The notes under the pieces were generated by a model, which did not search any database, had not been told where the DNA came from, and was given only the letters and a program-made list of their open reading frames with translations. The translations under genes and the position numbers were made by a program. Positions 29,170 through 38,410 of a DNA stretch of 49,452 bases are shown piece after piece. Each line of letters starts with the position of its first letter. Position 1 is the stretch's first letter. The stretch covers positions 6,287 through 55,738 of the forward strand of contig CAYTEC010000002.1 of the NCBI GenBank assembly GCA_964436745.1. Reading direction: 5' to 3'. The DNA comes from an uncultured Dehalococcoidia bacterium. Its GTDB lineage: Bacteria; Chloroflexota; Dehalococcoidia; Lucifugimonadales; UBA1127.

Positions 29170-29418
29170 TCAGCGGCCCACCGGCTGAGGCTTGTCCGTG
29201 TCCCTCACGGTCTCATCGGACGGCTCGCCCCACAGGTTTGCCTCTCGGCGTGTCTCCTTGAGCAGCCTCGCCACGGCTTCCCTCGGGTAGCGACGCTGGC
29301 CGCCCAGCGTGAGGACGCACGGCAGCCGCCCCTCCCGAGCCCAACGTGTCACGCTCTGTGGTGAGACGCCGAACAGCGCCGCCACCCGGCTCCGAGTCAG
29401 GTACTGCTGTTCTTCCAA
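29170..29418 (-). CDS. BldC-like / excisionase-type (MerR-fold HTH) small DNA-binding protein
   Basis: LTRSRVAALFGVSPQSVTRWAREGRLPCVLTLGGQRRY closely follows the BldC pattern. TTG start. Confidence 0.85.
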   Translation of the reverse strand: MEEQQYLTRSRVAALFGVSPQSVTRWAREGRLPCVLTLGGQRRYPREAVARLLKETRREANLWGEPSDETVRDTDKPQPVGR

Positions 29419-29527
29419 CTCCGCCCCCCAAGAGTCCCGACGGCCGCAGCGTCAATGGACCAAAGCGTACATCGGAAGCGCAGCGCGCAAAAGAATCATA
29501 TGAATCATCTTGTCTGATGCACGTGCA

Positions 29528-30211
29528 TCAATCGAGGCGGCGTGCGAGCGAATTCCGGGCCCACGGGGCAAGGATCGCTACAGGAGGCCCCGTCGGGAGG
29601 GCGCCGGGCTTGGCCAGGATCCGCTGCACGTGGTTGCGGACCGTCGTGGAGTTGACCACCAGCAGCTCGGCGATGGCCTCGGTCCCCAACCCCTGCGCCA
29701 GCAGCCCCACAATCTCCCGCTCCCTTAGGCTGAGCCTGCCGCCCTCCCCCTCCGAGTGGAGCGCGGAATCGGCGGCCGGGGCGCCGACCTGCGTGGGGCC
29801 GGAGAGCAAGTCGCGAAATCGGTCGAACAGCCGCATCGCCTCAACCTCATGGGTCGTGTCGTGGAATATGTGCACCAGCGTGCCCAGTTCGGGTCGCGCA
29901 GCGGGCAAGAGCACGTGGGTCACACGGAGCCAGCGAGGCTCGCCGTCGCCGGTGTGGGTGAAGAGGTGGCGAGAGGGAGCAACCTGCCCGTGGCGAGCAA
30001 GCAGGACGGCGGCACAGTCGGCGGAGCACGCGCCGGCGTCGTCCGAGGCCCCTCCAAGGATCTGGTGGCACGGCTTGCCCAGAGCTTCGTTGGCGGTTAG
30101 CCCAAGCAAGCGCTCCGCACCCCGGTTCCAGAAGACGATGCGCTGGCTCATGTCCACCGCGTACACGCCCTCATCGACTTCCGCCAGGAGCTCCAGGAAC
30201 TCCGAGGTCAC
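29528..30211 (-). CDS. PAS-domain + LuxR-HTH transcriptional regulator
   Basis: EGVYAVD..RIVFWNRGAERLLG..EALGKPC (PAS) and LSLREREIVGLLAQGLGTEAIAELLVVNSTTVRNHVQRIL (LuxR HTH). Confidence 0.9.
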   Translation of the reverse strand: MTSEFLELLAEVDEGVYAVDMSQRIVFWNRGAERLLGLTANEALGKPCHQILGGASDDAGACSADCAAVLLARHGQVAPSRHLFTHTGDGEPRWLRVTHVLLPAARPELGTLVHIFHDTTHEVEAMRLFDRFRDLLSGPTQVGAPAADSALHSEGEGGRLSLREREIVGLLAQGLGTEAIAELLVVNSTTVRNHVQRILAKPGALPTGPPVAILAPWARNSLARRLD

Positions 30212-30509
30212 GGCATCACCCCGCGCTTAGCGCTCACACCATACTATATAGCATAAATCGTCCAGAGCGTTCAATCCGCACGTCAACAAAGGAGTGCGAG
30301 CCGGGGTTTCCAGGAGGACGGGGCCGAGCGCCGCGGCCTCATGCCGGGGGCTGGTCAAGGGGAACGGCGAGCGAACGCAGGCAGATCCGAATCGGACCGG
30401 CGAACGCCGCACCGGCGGTTGCGATTGCGGCTGGCGCCGCGGAGGCCGCCGGATCGCACGACCTCCGCGCCAGGGAGGGGGCCAGGGACTGGGCTCGGGA
30501 GGCCCAGGG

Positions 30510-30794
30510 TTAGCACACGGGGTGGCCGAACAGCCGGGCGAGTCGCCCGTTGTGCTGCTCCATGGCCCGGTGGACCACGTCCCGCACGTAGTCATCGCCC
30601 CGAGTCGCGTAGGTCCAGTAGAGATCTCGGTAGAAGGGCTGACGAAAGATGTCGGTTACCTTCCGCTCGTTCCGGCCCATGGAGATGAACTCCTGCGCGC
30701 GGCAGAGGACCATTTCGTCCACGGGGTCTACCGTCCCTGCGAGCGTCACCACGGCGTCAACGGGGCCTGAGACGTTCAGCGCCTTCTGAACCAC
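30510..30794 (-). CDS. Hypothetical protein (94 aa)
   Basis: Strong RBS GGAGGTGA before GTG, GC3-biased codons. Confidence 0.65.
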   Translation of the reverse strand: MVQKALNVSGPVDAVVTLAGTVDPVDEMVLCRAQEFISMGRNERKVTDIFRQPFYRDLYWTYATRGDDYVRDVVHRAMEQHNGRLARLFGHPVC

Positions 30795-30879
30795 GGCTCA
30801 CCTCCCTCGTTCGGTCGCCCTGGCCGATGCCCCCCAACCTTTCGGTCCGGGCCAACGCGGTCGCGGACCGATTCTCAGT

Positions 30880-30897
30880 TGGTGAGCATTTTCACAA
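30880..30897. promoter_or_regulatory. Rex-like (or CRP/FNR-family) operator
   Basis: TGGTGAGCATTTTCACAA matches 12 of 14 fixed positions of TTGTGAAnnnnTTCACAA. It is an AT-rich patch in GC-rich DNA, upstream of the 30794 start. Confidence 0.55.
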
Positions 30898-31029
30898 ACA
30901 TTATCTCGCTGAACCAGGGCTTGGGACAATGGCGCGGATTCATCATCTCGATGATGCAGGCGCATCATCGGGGCCGCTGGGGGGCCGAGTGGGGGTGCTA
31001 GAAGAGTCTCAGCGGGGGCACGGGATTCG

Positions 31030-32274
31030 CTACCCGGCCTGACGAAGCGCCTTCAGCACGCTGGAAAGACCCATGCGTTGGCCGTACATTAGCAGGCCCG
31101 CCCGGAAGACCCGGGCGGAGGCCCACAGCAGCACCAGGCCACCGAGGACGGTCACGGCCAGACTGGCCAAGGCCTCCGCGAGAGAGACATCGGTGACGGC
31201 CATGCGCAGGATCATCGTCACCGGGGCCGTCATGGGAAAGAAAGAGAGCCCCCGCGCCAGCCCGCTGTCTGGGTTCGCTGTGATGAGGAGAAAGATCACC
31301 ATCGGCGCCACGGCCGGCAGGTACACCAACGCGGCGATCTGGGTGCTCTCCCGGTACGAGCTGGTCGCGGCGCCGATGCCGGCCATCAGCACCGACAACA
31401 CCAGATATCCCGCCAGGAAGTATGCGGCCACCCAGGGAAGCAGGACGGGATCGATCATAAACTCGCCCAATTCCGGAAAGCCCGTGAGGACTCGGGGACC
31501 GGCAAAGACCACGGACACTGTCCACACGACGACCTGCAACAGCCCCAGGCTCCCCATCGCCAGCACCTTGCCAGCCATGACGCCCATCGGTGAGACCGAG
31601 GTAAGGAGCACCTCGATCATCCGGTCCTCCTTCTCGTCCGCTACGCCCTCCAGGAGGTACCCGCTGCCGGTCAGGACGCTCGCCATCAGCAGGATCGCGA
31701 AGATGTACGGGACCAGGGGAAATCCCTCGTCTCGATCCTCCTGCGTGGCCCCGTCCTCTTCCACGAGAATCGACTGGAAGCTCGCGGGCGCCAGGAACCG
31801 AGCCTCGATCTCGGGGCTGAGCGCGCCCTCGACCATCGCCTCCCGCAGCAGTGATCGGATCCGGGCTCTGCTGCTCTCGCCCGACAGCGCCGCGCTGATG
31901 CCGGTCCCGGTGTGGAGCCATTCCACGCGCCCTGTCGCCAGATAGTCACTCGAGATGACGAACAGGGCGGAAAGCTCACCCTGCAACAGCGAGGTCAAGC
32001 CCGTCGTTCGGTCAGGCACCGCCACGATCCGCGCCTCGATGACCTCATCGCGCTCCAGGACCTCCATCTGGTCCACAAGCCCTACGTGGCCCGGCTCGCC
32101 CGCGCCGGCCTCCTCGTCGCCCGCAAGGAGGCCGCGGACCAAGGGCACGACAACGAGCAGCACCATCAGCACGACCGGTACCGCCAGGGTCATCACCCGG
32201 TACCACGCGCGCCGAAAGCCGCGTCGCACTTCCTCGGCGAACACCGTCTGAATCTCCGCAGTCAGCCCGGACAC
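31030..32274 (-). CDS. ABC-2 type transporter permease (NatB/YhaP-like)
   Basis: N-terminal TM, extracellular domain, VADEKEDRMIEVLLTSVSP..MAGKVL, RVFRAGLLMYG. Confidence 0.92.
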   Translation of the reverse strand: MSGLTAEIQTVFAEEVRRGFRRAWYRVMTLAVPVVLMVLLVVVPLVRGLLAGDEEAGAGEPGHVGLVDQMEVLERDEVIEARIVAVPDRTTGLTSLLQGELSALFVISSDYLATGRVEWLHTGTGISAALSGESSRARIRSLLREAMVEGALSPEIEARFLAPASFQSILVEEDGATQEDRDEGFPLVPYIFAILLMASVLTGSGYLLEGVADEKEDRMIEVLLTSVSPMGVMAGKVLAMGSLGLLQVVVWTVSVVFAGPRVLTGFPELGEFMIDPVLLPWVAAYFLAGYLVLSVLMAGIGAATSSYRESTQIAALVYLPAVAPMVIFLLITANPDSGLARGLSFFPMTAPVTMILRMAVTDVSLAEALASLAVTVLGGLVLLWASARVFRAGLLMYGQRMGLSSVLKALRQAG

Positions 32275-32326
32275 GCGGCGCCTCCGTCATTGGATGTCTG
32301 TCCCGTCCGACTACGGCCCACGCGCA

Positions 32327-33577
32327 TCACCCCGCCTGCCGGACCGCTGCGACCGCTCTCCGAACGCCCATGCGCTGGCCATACATGAGCAGGCCCGCGC
32401 GGAAGATGCGCGCGGCGACCCACAGGAGGGCAACCGCGGCGAGGACCGTCACCGCCAGGCTCGCCAGGATCTCCAGTACCGGAGGGTCCCCAACCGAGAG
32501 GCGGATCATCATGGTGGTCGGCGCGGTGAAGGGCACGAAGGAGAGCGCCCGAGCCAGCGTCCCATTCGGCTCGGAGAGGAGCACCGAGGCTGCGTAGATT
32601 GGGACGAGCAGCGGAATCAGGATCAACCCGGAGAGCTGTGCCGCCTCCCGCACCCCCGTCGCCGCCGCGCCCAGCCCAGCCATGATCGCCCCGCTAACGA
32701 AGTACCCCGCCAGGAAGAAGACCACCAGCCACAGCATGACGAGCGGGTCCACCCGAAACTCGCCGACATCGGGAATCGCGGCAAAGATCCTGGGCAGGAT
32801 GATGAGGATGGATGCCACCCACACCGCGATCTGGAACAGGCCCGCCGCGCCGACCGCCAGCACCTTTCCGGCCATGATCGTCACGGGCCTGGCCGAGGTC
32901 AGCAGCACCTCGATCATGCGGTTTTCCTTGTCCTCGGCCACCGTCTGGACCAGGCTGCTCGCCCCCATCATGATGGCAAAGAGAAGCAGCAGTGCCGAGC
33001 CGAACGAGACGACGGCCCTGGAGAACTCGGAGGCCTGGTCGACCTCCCGCATGGGGCCCTCGACGCCGACTCGCACCTGCTGAAAGACGGCCGGCGCCAG
33101 CGCACGCGCCAGCAGTTCCGGCGGGAGCTCTTCCCTAGCGAGCGTTGCGCGCAGAATCGCCTGCACGAGCCCGCTGCTCTCGCCGCTCGGGCCCGGGTCG
33201 ATGTTCGCGATGAGCCCGCGGCCACGATGCAGCCACTCCACACGGCCCGACTCCACGTAGTCGTCGGCAATGATGAACAGCTCGCTAATCTTCCGCTCGG
33301 TCAGGGCGGCGGTCGCGCTGTCGGCGTCCCCGTACGTGCGCACCCCCGGCACGTTCACCACGGGTCCCAGCTCCTCCGAGAGGCTCACAATGCCGATGGG
33401 CTTGGGCGGGCCCTCCTCTTGCTGCCCGACGAACGCACGGACCAGTGGGACCACCGCCAGGAGCACAACGAGGGCGGCGGGAATCAATAGGGTGATCACC
33501 ACATAGGCGGTACGGTGGGTGGAGCGCCGGAACTCTTCGGCGAAGATGAGCTGTGCTTCACTCACCAGAGCGCGCAC
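32327..33577 (-). CDS. ABC-2 type transporter permease (paralog)
   Basis: VAEDKENRMIEVLLTSARP..MAGKVL, RIFRAGLLMYG. Clear paralog of 31030-32274. Confidence 0.92.
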   Translation of the reverse strand: MRALVSEAQLIFAEEFRRSTHRTAYVVITLLIPAALVVLLAVVPLVRAFVGQQEEGPPKPIGIVSLSEELGPVVNVPGVRTYGDADSATAALTERKISELFIIADDYVESGRVEWLHRGRGLIANIDPGPSGESSGLVQAILRATLAREELPPELLARALAPAVFQQVRVGVEGPMREVDQASEFSRAVVSFGSALLLLFAIMMGASSLVQTVAEDKENRMIEVLLTSARPVTIMAGKVLAVGAAGLFQIAVWVASILIILPRIFAAIPDVGEFRVDPLVMLWLVVFFLAGYFVSGAIMAGLGAAATGVREAAQLSGLILIPLLVPIYAASVLLSEPNGTLARALSFVPFTAPTTMMIRLSVGDPPVLEILASLAVTVLAAVALLWVAARIFRAGLLMYGQRMGVRRAVAAVRQAG

Positions 33578-34464
33578 GGCTCACCTCCTCGATGAAGATG
33601 TCGTTCAGGGAGGGGAGGACCACCTCGTATCGCTCCATGGCGATGCCGGCGGTCAGGAACGCGCGAAGGAGGTCCTCCGGCTTAGCCTCCGGCTCCATGA
33701 AGTACTCGAACGCGCCGTTCCGGCCCTCGGCCCGGAGCGCCCCAGGCAGGCTGTCTGGCTGTCGGTCGGCGATGATGCGGACGGTCCGAGCGCCCCGGGC
33801 TCGCTTCATCTCGCCGATGGGGCCGCAGAGGAGAATCCGGCCATCGCTGATCAGCAACATCCGCTCGCACATCTCCTCGACGTCCGCCATCCGGTGGGTG
33901 CTCAGCACAATGGTCGCGCCCCGCGCCTGCTGTTCGCGGATGATCTCCTTCATTAGCTGTACGTTCAGGGGGTCCAGGCCGGAGAAGGGCTCGTCTAGGA
34001 TGAGCATCTCCGGCTCATGGAGGAGGGCGCCCGTGAACTGCACGATCTGCGCCATCCCACGGGAGAGCGCCTGGACCTTCTTTGTGCCGTGCTCGGAGAG
34101 CCCCACCCGCTCCAGCCAGCCCCGAGCCCGAGCCACGGCCGTCGACGAATCGAGCCGCTTGAGGCGGCCCAGGTAGGCCAGGATGTCGATGACGCTGGAG
34201 CGACGATAGAGGCCGCGCTCTTCGGGTGAGGTACCCCACGCGGGCGAGCGCGTCCCGCGAGGGCGCGTCCCCCAACAGCCGGACCGTGCCCTCGTCCGGG
34301 CGCACGATGTCCAGGGCCATGCGAATGGTGGTTGTCTTGCCGGAGCCGTTGGGGCCGACGAGGCCGAAGATCTCCCCCGGCTCCACGGCGAACGTGACGT
34401 GGTCCACGACGGTGCGCCCATCGTAGGCCTTGGTAACGTCCGTCATCTCGAGGGCGGAAGGCAA
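33558..34464 (-). pseudogene. ABC transporter ATP-binding subunit with +1 frameshift
   Basis: Walker A GPNGSGKTT is in one frame; PEERGLY, LSRGMAQ and LILDEPFSGLDP are in another. One extra base at about 34227 (minus strand TAC CTC a CCC GAA) breaks GYLPEERG. Confidence 0.88.
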
Positions 34465-34834
34465 ACCAGCGCTCCTTCGGTCAGAAGCTGGAGGCCGAGC
34501 GCCCGCGCGCTCCTCGTACTCTCCACTGTAGCAACCCCAGCCGCCCCGCGTCCAGCGTGGTTGACTTCGAGGAGCGCATTCCATACGCTCGCGCCGTCCA
34601 GATGGGGCCGAAGCGGACGGGCGCTCCGTGAGGCTGGCGCGGGCCCGCTTTGCAGCGATGGCGACCACAGCGACTCCCTCGCCCGACTCGCTATGGATGG
34701 CTGGCGCGCCGGTCGCGGGGCTGTCCGATCCGGACTCCCCCGTCGCCCTCCGGTGGATGAACGAGTCGTTCCCAATGTTCCCCTCGCCCAAGCGCTGACG
34801 AATGGCGGGACCGGGTACAGGCCGGCGCCCAACG

Positions 34835-34863
34835 TTGACAGCGCGCGCGGGCCTCGGTACTCT
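34835..34863 (+). promoter_or_regulatory. Sigma70 promoter for MFS operon
   Basis: TTGACA-N17-TACTCT upstream of GAGGAG RBS and ATG 34908. Confidence 0.65.
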
Positions 34864-34907
34864 CGCACCCATTCCCGCGCGGCGGTAGACGGGGTCTGAG
34901 GAGCGCG

Positions 34908-36227
34908 ATGCTGAGCGTGGAGCGGCTGTCCCAGCGTTTGGTCGGCAAGTGCCTCTTCTACGGCTGGGTGATCGTCGGCATCACCTTCGTCACCAGCATG
35001 CTGACGGCCGGGATCACCGGCTATGGGCTGGCGTTCTTCATCGTCCCCATGAGCGCGGCGCTGGGTGTCTCGCGCGGGGCCTTTTCCAGCATCACCCTCT
35101 TCCGCCTCATCGTCTTCCCCGTCGTGCCCTTCATTGGCAGGCTTGTGGACAAGAGGCAGGGCCCGCGGGTGCTGATCGCCCTCGGTGGCGCCCTTGGGGG
35201 CGTGACGCTGATGGGGACCGCCGGGGTCCAATCGCTCTGGCAGTTCCTGATACTCTTCGGCGTCGTCTTCGGCCTGGCGAACACGGTGATGGGCGGCATG
35301 GTCGTCGAGCCCGCGCTCATCACCAAGTGGTTCGTGCGGAAGCGCGGGCGGGCCATGGCCATCGGCACCATGGGCATCTCCACCGGGGGGTTCGTGATCG
35401 CGCCCCTGGTTGGCTGGCTGATTGGCGCGTTCGGCTGGCAGACGGCATGGCTCGTGCTGGGGGCCGGGCTCGGCGTCATCATCGTTCCCCTGGCCGTCCT
35501 GTTCGTGGTCCGCAGCCCGGAGGACTTGGGGCTGCTCCCAGACGGAGACCCGCCGTTGGCGCAACGGGGCGATGGGTCCCAGCCGTTGCCGCCGCCGGAG
35601 CGATCGTGGACGCTGGGTGAGGCGATGGGGACGCGGGCCTTCTGGCTGCTGATGGGCGTTCAGGCGCTCGGCTTCGGGGGGCTGATGCCCGTCATCATCC
35701 ATCAGGTGGCGTACCTACAAGACAAGGGCCTGGAACCCGCGATGGCTGCCTGGATCGCAACGCTCGTTGCGTTCTTCGCCATGGCGGGCAAGCTCCCGTG
35801 GGGGTACCTGGCCGAGCGGGTGCACGTGCGGTGGGTGTCGGCGGCGTGCGCGGTGTCGGCGGGGTCTTTCGTCTTCCTCCTGGTGGGTGGCCGAGAGCTG
35901 CCGGCGTTCTACGCCTACGCCGTCCTCTTGGGCGTGACCATGGGGGGCTTCCCCACGCTGGTGAACCTGGCGATGGCGGTGTACTTCGGGCGGGAGCACA
36001 TGGGCGCCATCCGGGGCTTTGTGACCCCGGCCACCCAGGTTGTCGGCGCGGCGAGCCCAGTCTTCGCGGGCTTGATGTGGGACCGGGTGGGGAGCTACGA
36101 TCTGCCGTTCACCGTCTTCGCCCTCGCTTGGATAGCCGCCGGGCTGCTGATGCTGCTGGCGCGCCCGCCGCGGATCCCGGTGACGCTGGGGGGCGGTGGG
36201 GCCGAGCGCACCGCTGCCTTGGAATGA
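34908..36227 (+). CDS. Major facilitator superfamily transporter
   Basis: FYGWVIV, GRLVDKRQGPR motif A, KWFVRKRGRAMAI, about 12 hydrophobic segments. Confidence 0.93.
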   Translation: MLSVERLSQRLVGKCLFYGWVIVGITFVTSMLTAGITGYGLAFFIVPMSAALGVSRGAFSSITLFRLIVFPVVPFIGRLVDKRQGPRVLIALGGALGGVTLMGTAGVQSLWQFLILFGVVFGLANTVMGGMVVEPALITKWFVRKRGRAMAIGTMGISTGGFVIAPLVGWLIGAFGWQTAWLVLGAGLGVIIVPLAVLFVVRSPEDLGLLPDGDPPLAQRGDGSQPLPPPERSWTLGEAMGTRAFWLLMGVQALGFGGLMPVIIHQVAYLQDKGLEPAMAAWIATLVAFFAMAGKLPWGYLAERVHVRWVSAACAVSAGSFVFLLVGGRELPAFYAYAVLLGVTMGGFPTLVNLAMAVYFGREHMGAIRGFVTPATQVVGAASPVFAGLMWDRVGSYDLPFTVFALAWIAAGLLMLLARPPRIPVTLGGGGAERTAALE

Positions 36228-36240
36228 GGAGGAAGAAGCC

Positions 36241-38406
36241 ATGAGCCACACACCGTTCGCCAACTGGGACCAACCCGCATACAACCCAGCCCTCCACGAC
36301 CCTCGGACCGGGGTGCTCATAAAGGAGTATCAGGCCAGCAACGACGGCTCGACTCAGGAGTACTCGGTCTACGTCCCCGCCGCCTACACCCCGGACCGCC
36401 GTTGGCCGCTGATCGTGGCGATGCACGGGCTGGGCGGGCAGCACAGAGACGTCATCAACAACCCCACCCTCCAGACCCTGGCGGAGCAGCGGGGCTTCAT
36501 CATACTCTCGCCCTCGGGTCGAGGGCGACGCAACTTCTTCCGCGGCCCAGGCGAGGGGGCGGTGCTCCGGGCCATCGACGAGGTGCGCGAGGCCTACAAC
36601 ATCGACTCCGACCGCGTGTCCCTCACCGGCGTCTCAATGGGCGGCAGCAGCAGCATGCACCTGGCCCTCCACTACCCGGACCGCTGGGCCGCCAGCCACC
36701 CGGTCTGCGGCCTCTACACCTTTGGGCAGATGGGCGTCCTGGCCGACACCGCCCCAGACCCCTACGAGCTAAGCAACAACGGCGACATCTCGTTCATCGC
36801 CGAGAACGCCTTTGGGTTCCCCCTGCGTTTCAACCACGGCGACGCCGATGCCACGGTGCCCGTGGAGCACGGCCGTCGCATGGACGAGCGGTTCCGCGAG
36901 CTCGGCTACCCGACGACCTACATCGAGATCCCCGGCTTCCCTCACGGCGACTCGGACCCCGTGGGCCGCCACGATTGGCTGGAAGGCCACCGGCTCCGCC
37001 GACACCCCGCCCGCATCGTGTACAAGACGTACTCCCTCTACTATGACCGCGCCTACTGGGTGCGAGTGGAGGACTTCATCCGCTTCAATCAGGCCGGAGC
37101 GGTCGAGGCGGAGGCGTTCCTGGACAACCGGTTGCAGGTCCGCACCGATAACGTGGCCCAGATCAGCATCCACTTCGACGACCACCTCCTGAATGTTGAA
37201 GCGCCGGTGTCGGTGGAGCTCGACGGCCAGGCCGTATTCAACGACCTGCCGCCCGCCACCCGCGAAGTCACCTTCTCGCGACCCGACGACGGACCCTGGC
37301 GCGTCGGCCCGACCGCGCCCGCGCAGGGGCTCCGCAAGGCCTGGGGGCTGGCCGGTCCGATGAACGACATCTTCCGCGAGCCTTTCATGGTGGTCTACGG
37401 CGCCAGCGGCGGGGCAGACGCCGCGGAGGTCAACCGGCGCGAGGGCGTCAAGCTCCTCTCATGGTTCCAGGGTCGATACAACGCCGAGTACCCCCTCAAG
37501 GCCGACACGGAGGTGACGGAGGAGGACATAGCGAGCCACCACCTGGTGCTCTACGGCACCCCAGCCAACAACAGCCTCCTGGCCCGGATGATGGACCGGC
37601 TCCCCGTGCGCATCGAGGAGCGGCGACTGACGCTGGGGAACCAGACGTTCGAGGGGGATGACCTGGGCGTCCTCTTCATCTACCCCAACCCGCTGAACCC
37701 CGCCAAATACGTGGAGATCGGCGCCGGGTGGCGCGACGACATCGTCGCCAACATTGACCAGGTGCCGGGTCGGGGCGTCAACGATTACGTGGTCTTCAAC
37801 GGCGCGAGCAAGACCCCGGGCGGCGGATTCGTGCAGGTGGGCCTGCCCTTGGCCAAGGGTTTCTTCGACACGCGCTGGCAACCGGAGACCCCCGACGCGA
37901 GGCAGGCCCGGTGGGAGGCGGACGTAGCGCTGTCGGCCCGCCTATCGGCGCACCCCAACCAGCGACCCGAGCTTGGGCCGGGAGACGCGGCGCCGGATTG
38001 GACATGCACAACCTTCGATGGCACAGAGGTCCGGTCCGCGGACATTCACGGCCAGCGGGCGCTGGCGGTGGTCTTCACGGGCGCGCCTCTGGGCCCGGAC
38101 ATGACGGCGGCGCTCACGGAGGCGCACGTCCGCCACAAGGGCGCGTTGGAGATCGTGCTGGTGGTGAGCGTGCCGAACAACTGGGACAAGGGGGCGGTGG
38201 TGAGCTTTTTGGCCGCGCGCGGGATCGCCTTCCCCGTCACCAACGACGAGCCGAAGGAGCTGGCGCGGATCTTCGGCAGGCGCGGAGCGCCCGAGGCGGT
38301 CCTGGTCCGACGCGACGGCACGGTCGAGTGCGTGGCCCGCGCCGACGACCCGCTATGGAGCGACCCCCGCGCCCTGGCGCAGGCGCTCGACGCGCTGGTG
38401 GGATAG
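36241..38406 (+). CDS. Alpha/beta hydrolase (S9 peptidase/esterase-like) with extra middle domains and C-terminal redoxin-like domain
   Basis: YVPAAY..WPLIVAMHGLGG, IDSDRVSLTGVSMGG, NHGDADATVP, GFPHG. Tail GDAAPDWTCTTFDG..PEAVLVRRDGTV. GAGGAGG RBS. Confidence 0.8.
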   Translation: MSHTPFANWDQPAYNPALHDPRTGVLIKEYQASNDGSTQEYSVYVPAAYTPDRRWPLIVAMHGLGGQHRDVINNPTLQTLAEQRGFIILSPSGRGRRNFFRGPGEGAVLRAIDEVREAYNIDSDRVSLTGVSMGGSSSMHLALHYPDRWAASHPVCGLYTFGQMGVLADTAPDPYELSNNGDISFIAENAFGFPLRFNHGDADATVPVEHGRRMDERFRELGYPTTYIEIPGFPHGDSDPVGRHDWLEGHRLRRHPARIVYKTYSLYYDRAYWVRVEDFIRFNQAGAVEAEAFLDNRLQVRTDNVAQISIHFDDHLLNVEAPVSVELDGQAVFNDLPPATREVTFSRPDDGPWRVGPTAPAQGLRKAWGLAGPMNDIFREPFMVVYGASGGADAAEVNRREGVKLLSWFQGRYNAEYPLKADTEVTEEDIASHHLVLYGTPANNSLLARMMDRLPVRIEERRLTLGNQTFEGDDLGVLFIYPNPLNPAKYVEIGAGWRDDIVANIDQVPGRGVNDYVVFNGASKTPGGGFVQVGLPLAKGFFDTRWQPETPDARQARWEADVALSARLSAHPNQRPELGPGDAAPDWTCTTFDGTEVRSADIHGQRALAVVFTGAPLGPDMTAALTEAHVRHKGALEIVLVVSVPNNWDKGAVVSFLAARGIAFPVTNDEPKELARIFGRRGAPEAVLVRRDGTVECVARADDPLWSDPRALAQALDALVG

Positions 38407-38410
38407 CGGC

